A DNA stretch of 63,477 bases, filler included, from Octopus bimaculoides (Eukaryota), in assembly GCF_001194135.2 (NCBI RefSeq). It is 3 parts of 3 records of this genome, joined end to end, with 100 filler letters (N's around TTAATTAATTAA, not from the genome) between each part and the next. Parts side by side here need not be neighbours in the genome. Positions count along the whole stretch, not along the records: positions 20,046 to 40,142 come from NC_069009.1; 2 more parts are not named here. The stretch is one strand, 5' to 3'. The notes beneath the pieces are model-generated. The model was given only the letters and a program-made list of their open reading frames with translations. It searched no databases and was not told where the DNA came from. The position numbers were made by a program, and so were the translations under genes. Positions within the stretch are counted from its first letter, which is position 1. The number at the start of each line of letters is the position of its first letter. Positions 26,884 to 38,804 of this stretch are shown one piece after another.

Positions 26884-28481
26884 CGGTGGCTTTTGAGAGA
26901 CACGCACGTGCAGTGGACGATCACGGTGGGGCAATGTTTCGTGTATATTAATCTTGTATATAATGTGTATATAGGTGTGCATATATATATTTCGATTTGT
27001 AGTGGGGGGTTTTTATGTGTATATGGTTTCGTAGTTTGTATATTTTCTGTATCTTTGTGTTGCGTATAGAGGTTGGTGGGGGGGAGCAATTAGAAATTGC
27101 AGTAAAATGAGTAATTTTTTTGTATTTTCTCCCGATCGGTTTGAAATCATTACATCGCAAATATTGCATCATTTTGTATAGTTACATTATATTTAGGAGT
27201 AAAAATTGGCCAGCGTTAGGAATATAGTCAGATGACGGGTATTTTTATCAAGAAGTTGTCCCTCAGCTTTGACCTGATTATAACTCGAAACAAGATAAAT
27301 CGAAATATTGCGATCAATGTTTCCATGTAATGGCATTTGATAATTGATTTTTAGACATTTAGATATTACCTTTCGTTCATTCGGCACACCCTAATTGTAA
27401 TATATTCCCCGGATCTTTTTGTCGATGTACCTGACCTCAATGGATATTTTCCGCGGAACCACTGACGGAGATGTTAGGAAACCAAATTCACCCCTAGGCA
27501 TGGCAGAACGTGCCACGCAGTGAGACTGAACCCGGAAACACGTGTTTGCAATCAGAACTTAAAAAACACAGCCATGCCCAAGTCTATACACGAACTCATT
27601 ACTCTCTTACTTGTTTCAGTCATTTGACTGCGGCCACGCTGGAGCACCGCCTCTAGTCGAGCACATCGATCCCCAGGGCTTTGTAAGCCTAGTACTTATT
27701 CTATCGATCCCCTTTGTCGAACCGCCAAGTTACGGGGATGTACACACACCAGCATCGATTGTCAAGCGATGGTGGAGGGACAAATATACACACACCAAAA
27801 TACACCCTGGAAGAACGTAAAACGACGTATGACGGGAAAGATTCAACAAAAAAAATTATTTACTTTGTTTTAAAAAAATCCCTCATACATGTTTTGCGCA
27901 CTGAGACCACTCTTGGATAGTACCAGATTTTTGGTGGGGTGTGGGTTTANNNNNNNNNNNNNNNNNNNNNNNNNNNNNNNNNNNNNNNNNNNNNNNNNNN
28001 NNNNNNNNNNNNNNNNNNNNNNNNNNNNNNNNNNNNNNNNNNNNNNNNNNNNNNNNNNNNNNNNNNNNNNNNNNNNNNNNNNNNNNNNNNNNNNNNNNNN
28101 NNNNNNNNNNNNNNNNNNNNNNNNNNNNNNNNNNNNNNNNNNNNNNNNNNNNNNNNNNNNNNNNNNNNNNNNNNNNNNNNNNNNNNNNNNNNNNNNNNNN
28201 NNNNNNNNNNNNNNNNNNNNNNNNNNNNNNNNNNNNNNNNNNNNNNNNNNNNNNNNNNNNNNNNNNNNNNNNNNNNNNNNNNNNNNNNNNNNNACCAGAA
28301 GGATAATCCGGTCAATATAAAGATCTGCACCCGGGAACAATAAAAATAAACCAACTTGGCATCTTGAATAAAACCGAAAAAATTCTAAAATTTGACACCG
28401 AAAGATAGCAATGTTAAAAGTCTTAAGGGTTTTTAGAAATTGAAAAGTAACCTAAAGTAATCGCTCTTTAAGTCGTAGATT

Positions 28482-28585
28482 GGCACTATCATGCTATTAG
28501 CTGTCAGAAGTGAAAGTGCTCACAGACAGATACTTCACTAGCAGTGAGCACTTTCACTTCTGACAGCTAATAGCATGATAGTGCC
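28482..28585. mobile_element. 104-bp hairpin MITE, probably hAT type (42-bp perfect TIRs, 20-nt spacer, 8-bp TSD)
   Basis: Arms 28482-28523 and 28544-28585 are exact reverse complements. Flanks are cgtagatt and cgtagatc. The paralogous units show the empty site cgtagatc. Confidence 0.85.
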
Positions 28586-28670
28586 CGTAGATCACGCCAA
28601 AGTAGCACTGAATATTCTATATATCTGTTCTTGATCAGGGTTTGATCATAGTAAATATATTTGTTCTATC

Positions 28671-28753
28671 AGTCATTATGATGTTATTGAAACTAATCCC
28701 AGCTCTCTGAGTAATCTTTTTACTCTTGATGAGTTTAGTATTTCTGAATGACT
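28671..28753 (+). ncRNA. Box C/D snoRNA family A copy 1 (snR69-like; predicted 28S Cm at the yeast C2948 equivalent), RPS13 intron 1
   Basis: Terminal stem agtcatt/aatgact; box C ATGATGT; D' CTGA; internal stem gagtaa/ttactc; C' TTGATGA; D CTGA. The D' guide cccagctc is complementary to conserved 28S GAGCUGGG, and the +5 rule points to the C. Confidence 0.8.
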
Positions 28754-29339
28754 TTGTTGGATATGCTAATTCAAATCCACCGCAAGTTTGACCGAACTAA
28801 AAAATCGGTCAAAAAATAAATATACGGCCCTGGTTATATGCATTCAAGTGTTTCAGGATTTCTTTATTCTATATAAAAATAGCGACAATTTCCACCTTTC
28901 TTCAGTCCAAAGGCCCAGAGTCCATTGATGTGTCTTCTACTTCAGCTTCGCTATCAGTTGAATCAGGGACATGGTCTCCTTGCAGCATACTACCTCAGTT
29001 GTATTGTTGGCGTCCTGCAGACAGCTTCATCAATTTGCACAGGCTCTTCAGTTCCAACCATTTTTTCCATGATAGTTAAAGGAAACAATATGAATAAATT
29101 TCACAATACCTGTTGAACCAATCACCTATTGATTCAGTACCTCTAACAGTTAACTGATGCATCTTCAATAAAACCAAAGAAATTCTAAAATTTGACACCG
29201 AAAGATAGCAATGTTAAAAGTCTTAAAGGTTTTTAGAAATTGAAAAGTAACCTAAAGTAATCGCTCCTTAAGTCGTAGATCACACCAAAGCAGCTCTGAA
29301 TATTCTATATATATCTTCTTGATCAGGGTTTGATCTATC

Positions 29340-29422
29340 AGTCATTATGATGTCATTGAAACTAATCCCAGCTCTCTGAGTAATCTTTTTACTCTTGATG
29401 AGTTTAGTATTTCTGAATGACT
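29340..29422 (+). ncRNA. Box C/D snoRNA family A copy 2, RPS13 intron 1
   Basis: Near-identical to copy 1, with all boxes, stems and the guide intact. Confidence 0.8.
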
Positions 29423-30069
29423 TTGTTGGATATGCTAATTCAAATCCACCGCAAGTTTGNNNNNNNNNNNNNNNNNNNNNNNNNNNNNNNNNNNNNNNNN
29501 NNNNNNNNNNNNNNNNNNNNNNNNNNNNNNNNNNNNNNNNNNNNNNNNNNNNNNNNNNNNNNNNNNNNNNNNNNNNNNNNNNNNNNNNNNNNNNNNNNNN
29601 NNNNNNNNNNNNNNNNNNNNNNNNNTTCTTCAGTCCAAAGACCCAGAGTCCATTGATGTGTCTTCGTTGGTTTCTGTCTTCTACTTAGCTCCTCTATCAG
29701 TTGATTCAGTACCTCTAACAGTTAGCTGATGCATCTTATTATAAGAGGCATCTCGGATAAAACAAAATTAATTCTAAAATTTGACACCGAAAGATAATAA
29801 TGGATTTTATTTAAATCGGTATAATAGAGAAAAACGTTTCCAGTGAGGACAAACCGATGAGCTTGGCAGCCATGAATTTTGCTATGTTAAAGTCTTAAGG
29901 GTTTTTAGAAATTGAAAAGTAAACTAGAAAGTAATCACCCTTTAAGTCGTAGATCACGCCAAAGTAGCACTGAATATTCTATATATCTGTTCTTGATCAG
30001 GGTTTGATCATAGTAAATATATGTTCTATCATAGTCGTTTGATCATGGTAATATATCTGTTCTGTCATG

Positions 30070-30150
30070 GTCATTATGATGTTATTGAAACTAATCCCAG
30101 CTCTCTGAGTAATCTTTTTACTCTTGATGAGTTTAGTTTTTCTGAATGAC
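30070..30150 (+). ncRNA. Box C/D snoRNA family A copy 3, RPS13 intron 1
   Basis: Near-identical to copy 1; boxes C, D', C', D and the gtcatt/aatgac stem are intact. Confidence 0.8.
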
Positions 30151-30975
30151 TTTGTTGGGTATACTAATTCAATCCCTACTAAGAACTCAGTTCTCTACAG
30201 TGTTTGGGGTTCTCTGATTCAACTGTCTCTCATTTACTCCTATATTTGGTTTGTTTTATTAAGTGCTCTGAATAGGGTCACTGTTTTGATATTTTGTGGG
30301 TAAAGAATTATGGTCTACTTATTAGCATTTAATGCCCATCTTCCCAGCTTGCAAGGTTTGGACAGTTTGACAGGAGCTGGCAGTCCAGAAGACTGCATCA
30401 AGCGCCAATGGTTTTGGGTTCANNNNNNNNNNNNNNNNNNNNNNNNNNNNNNNNNNNNNNNNNNNNNNNNNNNNNNNNNNNNNNNNNNNNNNNNNNNNNN
30501 NNNNNNNNNNNNNNNNNNNNNNNNNNNNNNNNNNNNNNNNNNNNNNNNNNNNNNNNNNNNNNNNNNNNNNNNNNNNNNNNNNNNNNNNNNNNNNNNNNNN
30601 NNNNNNNNNNNNNNNNNNNNNNNNNNNNNNNNNNNNNNNNNNNNNNNNNNNNNNNNNNNNNNNNNNNNNNNNNNNNNNNNNNNNNNNNNNNNNNNNNNNN
30701 NNNNNNNNNNNNNNNNNNNNNNNNNNNNNNNNNNNNNNNNNNNNNNNNNNNNNNNNNNNNNNNNNNNNNNNNNNNNNNNNNNNNNNNNNNNNNNNNNNNN
30801 NNNNNNNNNNNNNNNNNNNNNNNNNNNNNNNNNNNNNNNNNNNNNNNNNNNNNNNNNNNNNNNNNNNNNNNNNNNNNNNNNNNNNNNNNNNNNNNNNNNN
30901 NNNNNNNNNNNNNNNNNNNNNNNNNNNNNNNNNNNNNNNNNNNNNNNNNNNNNNNNNNNNNNNNNNNNNNNNNNN

Positions 30976-31236
30976 CATTTGAGTGTGATCGTTGCCAGTG
31001 CCGCTGGACTGGCTCCTGTGCAGGTGGCACGTAAAAAACACCATTTTGAGCATGGCACGTAAAAGCATCCACTACACTCTTAGAGTGGTTGGTGTTAGGA
31101 AGGGCATCCAGCTGTAGAAAGTCTGCCAGATCAGATTGGAGCCTGGTGCAGCCATCCGGTTCACCAGTTCTCAGTCAAATCGTCCAACCCATGCTAGCAT
31201 GGAAAGCGGACGTTAAACGATGATGATGATGATGAT
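30976..31236 (+). mobile_element. 3' end of the same RTE-like LINE
   Basis: ggaagggcatccagctgtagaa...gctagcatggaaagcggacgttaaac(gat)n matches the reverse complement of 2026-2335. Confidence 0.85.
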
Positions 31237-31553
31237 CACTGCCTTGTTTCTCTGAGATTTTGATGATGTGATTGCTTATTTTGTAGAATAACATTGTAGC
31301 ATAGGTGTGAGAGGCCAGATCTAGCTGATTTTGAACATAAAACAGGTTGAATATTACGGCTGGTTTAAAAGATAGAGGGTTAAATGAAGATTTTAGCTAG
31401 AAATGGCAGCAATTACACTCAAAATATAACAGCATTTCTAACAGAGTTTTGGTTGAGAGTAGAATCTTTTGTGACCAGAAAGTGTTTGAATGGTTTATGT
31501 TGCTGTTATACCAGGTCTTGTAATAATAATGTTTTCTCTCTCTCTCTCTGCAG

Positions 31554-31602
31554 AAAGGGTATATCCCAATCAGCGCTACCATACCGTCGCTCAGTGCCAA
31601 CA
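31554..31602 (+). CDS. RPS13: RPS13 coding exon 2 (KGISQSALPYRRSVPT)
   Basis: Polypyrimidine tract plus cag acceptor, 49 nt, gtaagt donor. Translation matches RPS13. Confidence 0.97.
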
Positions 31603-32515
31603 GTAAGTATACAAAGTGGATTATCTTTTACATGTTGATAGGCGTAGCTGTGTGGTTCAGTCCCATTGCGTGACACCTTGGACAGGTCTTTTATATCTTT
31701 CAAAAGAACTACTTTGAATTCAAGTTTGCTACTTGACAACATGAAGCTGGTACCCAGTTTTCATCCATAGTGCAACATTTCAGAAAATTGAAGTGGTGAA
31801 AAATGGGGAGGAAAAAGAAAAAAAATCTCCAAAAATTCACTGCTCAGATATGTAAAATAATGTCTGTGTAGGGTGTCCATATAATATTTGGAGGGTCCAC
31901 ACGGGCTAAATAGCAAATTTGGGATACACTGGTATTTTAAGGGTTCACGAAAAAAACTTTTACTTTAGATATATTGATTGCCTTTCTGGCATTCAATACA
32001 TCTAAAGCAAAAGGTTCTTTCTGCTTTACATAGTTTAATGTTTCCAGCCACTGAAACCTGTTCTCTCAGACAATTTACTATTGCCAACCTACAAAAGTTT
32101 GTGTGAAAAGCAAAATAGAAATTTTGAAAGGAATATCTATAAAACTAGTTTTCAAATATTGAATGGCTATGGGGGTCCACCAGAATAGATTAGTAGCCAA
32201 AGAAGTCCACGGGTAAAAAAAATAGTTGAGGACCACCAGTGTAACTCAATTGCTTACACAGTAAAATTCCATGTGGTTTGGTTGGGTGTCTACAGGTGGG
32301 TTACTCTTTTACTTGTTTCACTCATTTGACTGCGGCCATGCTGGAGCACTGCCTTTAGTCGAGCAAATCGACCCCAGGACTTATTCTTTGGAAGCCTAGT
32401 ACTTATTCTATCAGTGTCTTTTGCCGAACCTCTAAGTTACGGGGACGTAAACACACTACCATCGGTTGTCAAGCGATGTTGGGGGGGACAAACACAGACA
32501 CGCAAACATATACAT

Positions 32516-32664
32516 GAGTGGTTGGCGTTAGGAAGGGCATCCAGCTGTAGAAACTCTGCCAAATTAGATTGGAGTCTGGTGTAGCCATCCGGTTGCACCA
32601 GTCCTCAGTCAAATCGTCCAACCCATGCTAGCATGGAAAGCGGACGTTAAACGATGATGATGAT
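32516..32664 (+). mobile_element. Short RTE-like 3' fragment nested in a SINE
   Basis: Same 3' UTR and (GAT)n tail, interrupting the SINE at 32302-32820. Confidence 0.85.
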
Positions 32665-32934
32665 ATACGACGGGCTTCTTTCAGTGTCCGTCTACCAAAT
32701 GCACTCACAAGGCTTTGGTTGGCCTGAGGCTATAGTAGAAGACACTTGCCCAAGGTGCCACGCAGTGGGACTGAAGCCGGAACCGTGTGGTTGGTAAGCA
32801 ATCTACTTACCACACAGCAACTCCTACGCCTAGGTAAAGAAAGCGTTAATTCACACAGCCATGGCTTTACACCGATAACGAGATTTAGTTTTGCTGGAAA
32901 TGTAGTGTGGGGAGATGGTGATGTTAATGTTCAG

Positions 32935-33006
32935 GTCATTATGATGTCATTGAAACTAACCCCAGCTCTCTGAAATATTGTGTTGAGCTTAGTTTTTCTG
33001 AATGAC
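32935..33006 (+). ncRNA. Box C/D snoRNA family A copy 4 (diverged), RPS13 intron 2
   Basis: gtcatt-ATGATGT-cattgaaactaaccccagctct-CTGA-...-CTGA-atgac. The flanks are unrelated to copies 1-3, yet the stem, boxes C/D'/D and guide are conserved. C' is degenerate. Confidence 0.78.
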
Positions 33007-33084
33007 TTGCTCATTAACTGGAGTTGCTTGTTAGTGGACTCTAGTCTTAATTATTGTTTGGTAATTATGATACATTGTCTAGAG

Positions 33085-34056
33085 CAGGGGTTGCCGAACT
33101 GAGGTAAATTACCCCAAGTGTGGTAAAAATGAAATTCTTGTGGGTAATGACTCATTAGACATGTCTTTATATTGGAGACCGAATCCAAGACAAGATGGCT
33201 GCCATTTCAAAGTTAGCTTTATCTTTGGAAGATTGAAAATATTACTTTTGACAACATCAAGAATACAGTTAGAAAGCATCTTATTTCTTTATTGCCCACA
33301 AGGGGCTAAACATAGAGGGGACAGACAAAGGGGCTAAGTCGATTACATCGACCCCAGTGCGTAACTGGTACTTAATTTATCAACCCCGAAAGGATGAAAG
33401 GCAAAGTCAACCTCGGCGGAATTTGAACTCAGATCGTAACAGCAGACAAAATACTGCTAAGCATTTCGCCCGGCATGCTAACGATTCTGTGATTACTTTC
33501 CAGATTTTGAGTCACATACTGTCTGTTGGGTTGTAGATGCCTTTAAATGTGAAATTGCTGATGTTCCAGAAGAGTCTCAAGGGACAGCAGACACTTTTTG
33601 AACTTCAATTGAATAATGAAGCACATATTGCATTTGAAAATAAAGCAAATCTGTCACATTTTTGGATGTCAACTGTTGCAAAATTGTGCATGAGGAGGCA
33701 GTCAAAAAAGTTGTTTCCTTGCAACAACCTGCCTTGGCAGACAAGCATTTTCTACCCTGATTAATATAAAAAGAAAGCAGATTAATTAATTGGACCCCAA
33801 AGACTGCATCAAAATGCTCCAGTTTTGGTGTAATTGTAATAAAAATGAAACCTGAAGTGAAAAAGTTTCTAGGAAAATCCTTTTGGTTCATAATAAGGAT
33901 ATTTGATTTATTATATAGCATTTTATACTTTCCATATTTGTAATAGATTCAACAGACCTTTTGAATTCAAAGAATTGTATTTCTTCTGAATCGAGGGGTG
34001 TAACATCAGCGTAAATAAATATTTTGGGGTAATTGGTTAAAGTTCCCTGACCCTTA
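33085..34056 (+). mobile_element. Degenerate hAT (Charlie-like) DNA transposon with a nested SINE
   Basis: Starts caggggttgccgaac and ends gttccctgaccctta. TSD-like gtctagag/gtctaagg fits the Charlie NTCTAGAN preference. Internal residues ATT..QAFSTLINIK resemble the hAT C-terminal dimerisation region. Confidence 0.65.
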
Positions 34057-34624
34057 GTCTAAGGGTAGAGATAATTTTAATAATTGAAAATTTGTTGTAT
34101 GGTATTTGATACACTTTGTCTATAGAGTATAGTAGCTTAGAACTCCCTTTGGATGTCCTCCCTGGTTGAGTGAGTCATTAGGGGATCAGGAGTGTCCCTG
34201 TCATTCAACATTGATCACAGTTTGAGTGGCTAGACTTGAAACTCTCATTATTTAGTTATTGATATTAAAAGAGGTATAAAAAAAAACCGCTTGCTTCAGG
34301 CTGTGGCGATGAAGGGTTTAGTCAAATTAATCCCAGTACTTTTAAGTTTGGCACAGACTTCCCAATGCTGCTGTCTACTAGGGTCATATAGAAGGAACAT
34401 TTACCAAAATTTTTATTAGCGGAAGAATGATTATTAGAGTTTCCCACTAATAGTAAAGATAAGATTTAGATGCAGTGAGGTGGCAGGGTGATAATATATA
34501 TATATATAATGCACAGCATTAAATGAAAGATTTAATAATAAGTTTAATTATTACAAAGCCTGGCTGTAAGTGAAATTAGGATGTAAACACATTTGTTCTA
34601 TGCTTTTATAATGTGTGGGGGAAA

Positions 34625-34834
34625 AGAGGTGATGTTTATTCCCACTTAAATGTGTTTGTTCTGTTAGAACAAGCTATACTGCAGTAGATCCCATGAGAGA
34701 AATGCACTCTTGTTTATATTGATAACAAGGAGACAAATGCCCAAATCACCAGATCACAGAATGTTGGACTTGTTGGTGGTGGATTCTTGACCGCTAGAGA
34801 CAGTGGTGACTCATCTCCCTGCCAGCAATATATA
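34625..34834. repeat. Unclassified ~205-nt element, copy 1 (RPS13 intron 2)
   Basis: Near-identical to 35302-35537, which has two short insertions and one substitution. Confidence 0.9.
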
Positions 34835-35016
34835 TATATGGTGAACACTGGTAGAGAATTTGCTTTGATGAATTCCAATTGACCCAAGCAAGGATGGAAA
34901 CAAGCGCATTAAATGAATCGTCATAATATAGAATAGTTACACTATCACTGTTGTACATTTAAAGCTGTCATCTGTGTGTATCTGTTATCACTTATCTTTA
35001 ATGTTTGTTTCCACAG

Positions 35017-35095
35017 TGGTTGAAACTGTCATCAGATGATGTTAAGGAACAGATCTATAAACTTGCCAAGAAGGGTTTGACGCCGTCCAAAATTG
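35017..35095 (+). CDS. RPS13: RPS13 coding exon 3 ([27 protein letters not shown])
   Basis: ccacag acceptor, 79 nt, gtaagt donor. Translation matches RPS13. Confidence 0.97.
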
Positions 35096-35301
35096 GTAAG
35101 TATATTTATCAAAACAGAAGACTGGAAAAATTTGGTATAGTTTCAATTGTAGGTTATATTGCATTACAAGTTACAAAAGTATATACATCTAGCAAAAAAC
35201 ATGTATAGAATCTTCTATCTGTAATTCTTCAAAGATTCAATAAGTAATATACATTGTGAACGTGCAGGTGTTACTTCACCCTTATACACACACACACATC
35301 G

Positions 35302-35537
35302 AGAGGTGATGTTTATTCCCACTTAAATGTGTTTGTTCTGTTAGAACAAGCTATACTGCTGTAGATCCCATGAGAGAAATGCACTCTTGTTTATATTGAT
35401 AACAAGGAGACAAATCCCCACCATCTCCAATGCCCAAATCACCAGATCACAGAATGTTGACCATCCTTGGACTTGTTGGTGGTGGATTCTTGACCGCTAG
35501 AGACAGTGGTGACTCATCTCCCTGCCAGCAATATATA
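35302..35537. repeat. Unclassified element, copy 2 (RPS13 intron 3)
   Basis: Paralogue of 34625-34834. Confidence 0.9.
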
Positions 35538-36428
35538 GAATGTTCCAGAACAGGCACTGGTTTTGTGATTAGCCAGTGAGCTAATGGCATAGATGCAGTA
35601 AGTAGTGGGGAGATAAATCTCCATCAGTTCTCAACTTGATGTATTTAGATTTTTATCTGAGGTGAATGACTAGCCGTTTGTATTTGATCCAGGTCCCTGG
35701 TGGGACAGAGTGGGCATCATAGTGAAGAGGGTATGCAAGGTAGCTAATTCTAAGTAGTTGAAAGAGAAGTCATCTTAACCTCTGTCTCACAAGAAGCTCT
35801 TGTAGACCAGTTTCATTGGATGACCTCTTATCATTTAATTGTTTAAGTTGGTTTGTTGCCATGTAGGGGGCACCACCACGAAGGCCTTAGTCAAACAGCT
35901 CAACGCCTTATGGTTGGAAAGCAAACTTAATATTACTTACCTGCATTTACACCCAGGTGTTTTTGAACCCAGCGACTTATATCGATTATCACTTAACCAC
36001 AGCACAACCTCTTCACTTGTACCTTTAATAATTGTCTTATTACCCAGGATAGCACGCTTGACAAAATGCTTGGCAGCATTTTGCTTGTCACTACATTCTG
36101 AGTTCAAATTCCACCAAGGTCTACTTCGCCTTTCATCCTTTAGGGGGTCAATATAATCAACTAGCACCCCTCCCCTAAAATGTTGGGCCATGCACCTATA
36201 GTAGACAGGATCGTTATTAAGGTGGTGAGCTGGCAGAATCGTTAACACACTGGACGAATTGCTGAGCAGTAAGTTCACCTGTTGTTATGTTCTGAGTTCA
36301 AATTCCACCATGGTCGACTTTGACTTTCATCCTTTCGGAATTGATGAATTAAGTGACATTGAATTACTTGGGTCGATGTAATCAATTAGTCCCCTTCCCC
36401 CAAATTCCAGGCCTTGTGCCTTAAATAG

Positions 36429-36671
<243 letters not shown>

Positions 36672-38238
36672 TAGACATGATCAAAGGTGTTCTGTCTATG
36701 AATTTATCTTGTAGAGGCAAGATTTTGACATTAATTTTAGAATGACATACTGTAGGTGTGAGAAACCTGATCTAGTTGGTTTGAACCCAAAATGGGTAGC
36801 GTATGTCGATCAGGTATAACTAGTTTAAATGTTAATGATTAAGGAATAATAATACTCATGGTATTTTGGAAGGGACTTCAGAGGTGAGGGTCAGGGTGCT
36901 GTGATTTGAGCGGGGTTTGGTTGTAGCCCCTGGTCAACCAATACGGGGGGGGGGGGCGTTAGCAGGAAANNNNNNNNNNGCCCCTGGTCAACCAATACGG
37001 GGGGGGGGGGCGTTAGCAGGAAAACTGATCTAAGTTAGAACCTTCTATAAAGATTTTGTATTAATTTATATTCCAGACTCTAATAATGATTAAGTTATTT
37101 TACTAAATTCTTCATTATTACCAAAATTAATTAAAACAAAGGCAGTGTATTTTAACAGGAATTCTGTCATGAAAGGGTTAATTAAAATTATTATTATTAA
37201 GCTGAAGTTTTAAGGTGGTGAGCTGGCAGAATCGTTAGCATGCTGTGCAAAATGCTTGGTGGCATTTCGTCCATCTTCACATTTCGAGTTCAAATTCTGC
37301 CAAGGTCGACTTAGCCTTTCATCTTGTCAGAGTCAGTATAATCAATTAGTCCCCTACCCCAAAATTTCAGGCCTTGTGCCTATAATAGAAAGGATTATTA
37401 AGCTGAGGTTTGGGACTTTAATTAGCATGGTATTGTGAGAGAGGGTTATAATTTAAATAATTCCAAAACTGAAAGTTTGTATCTCAGTGGGGTTTATATC
37501 AAAAGGATTAATGAGAAGTGATACTGACTTTGAAGTCCCTGTCACGTTTTCTGGAAAATTATAAAATGATTGTGTACATGTTTATCTGCCCATCCACTTG
37601 ATGTTGATTTATTTATGCCCCCTATAATGTAGCAAAAGAGAGACTAACAGAATAATTACTGGGACCAGCTCAACTAAACACTTCAAGGTGGTGCCTCCAA
37701 CATGGTGGTTGTAATCTCTGCAGCCAACCTTCTCTTATTCACAACACTTGTTCTCTCTCCATTTGTGTTCTGTTTTTATTATTCATTATAAAGTAGTGAG
37801 GTGGCAGAATTGTTAGCACACTGGAAAAAGTCGTTGGCGGCATTTTGTCCGGCTTTGTTCCAGGTTCAAATTCCGCCGAGGTTGACCTAGCTTTCATCCT
37901 TTTGGGGGTCGGTAAAATAAATGCCAGTTGATCATCTCTCTTCTGAAATTGCTGGCCTTCTGCCAAAATATGAAAGCAATAGTATGCTTAGCAACATTTT
38001 ATCTAGCTTTATGTTCTGAGTTCAAATTTGCCTTTCATCCTCTTGGGATTTATAAAATAAGAACCAGTTGAACATTGGGATTGATATAATTGACTTACCT
38101 CCTCCCCTGAAATAGCTGGCATTGTGCCAGAATTAGAAAGTGGCCAACTGGTAAAAGTGTTGGCATACTGAGCATTTGATCCAGCTTTGCATTCCAAGTT
38201 CAAATTCCACCAGGGTCAACTTCACCTTTTGGAGTTGA

Positions 38239-38417
<179 letters not shown>

Positions 38418-38804
38418 GTGAGTATTGCAGCTACTACTACTACTACTAGTATTACTCCCAGTGTCAAGTGGTGCTACTACTGATGGTGTGGTTTGTTGCA
38501 GTTGTTAGCAAAGAATATTTCAGGTGTCAGGTTGTGTTATGTCAATGGTTGTTTGGTTCAGTGCTAAATCTGAAACCATATGGTTGAGAAGCAAAGCTTT
38601 TACTTCATTGTGAACCCTATGTTATTGTATGTAGCCTTTTCTGGCATTTTACGTGTTGATGTACCTAAATTCTGTTGAATCCTATAATTAATCTATATAT
38701 GGTGTTGGCATGTGAATCTTTGATATGGAGTTTGAATCTCTTTGAATATGATGCACAGAATGTGTTTCTGTTGTGTTGTTGTTCCATAGAGGTGTGTTTC
38801 GGTT

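Larger units (their letters stand above)
28360..30165 (+). repeat. Three diverged tandem copies of a snoRNA-bearing unit (starts ~28360, ~29159, ~29748)
   Basis: The shared block aattctaaaatttgacaccgaaagata...gtcgtagatcac...snoRNA...ctttgttgg recurs three times with indels and substitutions. Confidence 0.9.

Noticed and set aside
27223-27282. Short C/D-like segment (tatagtcag...ctgattata) in RPS13 intron 1
   Set aside because: Box C is poor (ATGACGG), the segment is only ~50 nt between boxes, and I recognised no rRNA target.
28618-28650. atctgttcttgatcag resembling U2 snRNA stem IIa sequence
   Set aside because: The similarity is ~15 nt with an indel and the rest of U2 is absent; likely chance.
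28360-30165. Repeat array as a possible CRISPR-like locus
   Set aside because: The units are hundreds of bp, with no short repeat/unique spacer periodicity, in a eukaryotic intron.
34805-34830. atctccctgccag is nearly complementary to U1 snRNA 5' stem sequence
   Set aside because: It needs a bulge, is not positioned 5' of a valid D box, and does not extend.
35765-35828. Hairpin with an internal loop resembling an H/ACA pocket in intron 3
   Set aside because: No correctly placed H or ACA box follows, and no target was identified.
36927-37022. 43-bp exact repeat either side of a 10-N gap
   Set aside because: Typical unmerged contig overlap (assembly artefact).
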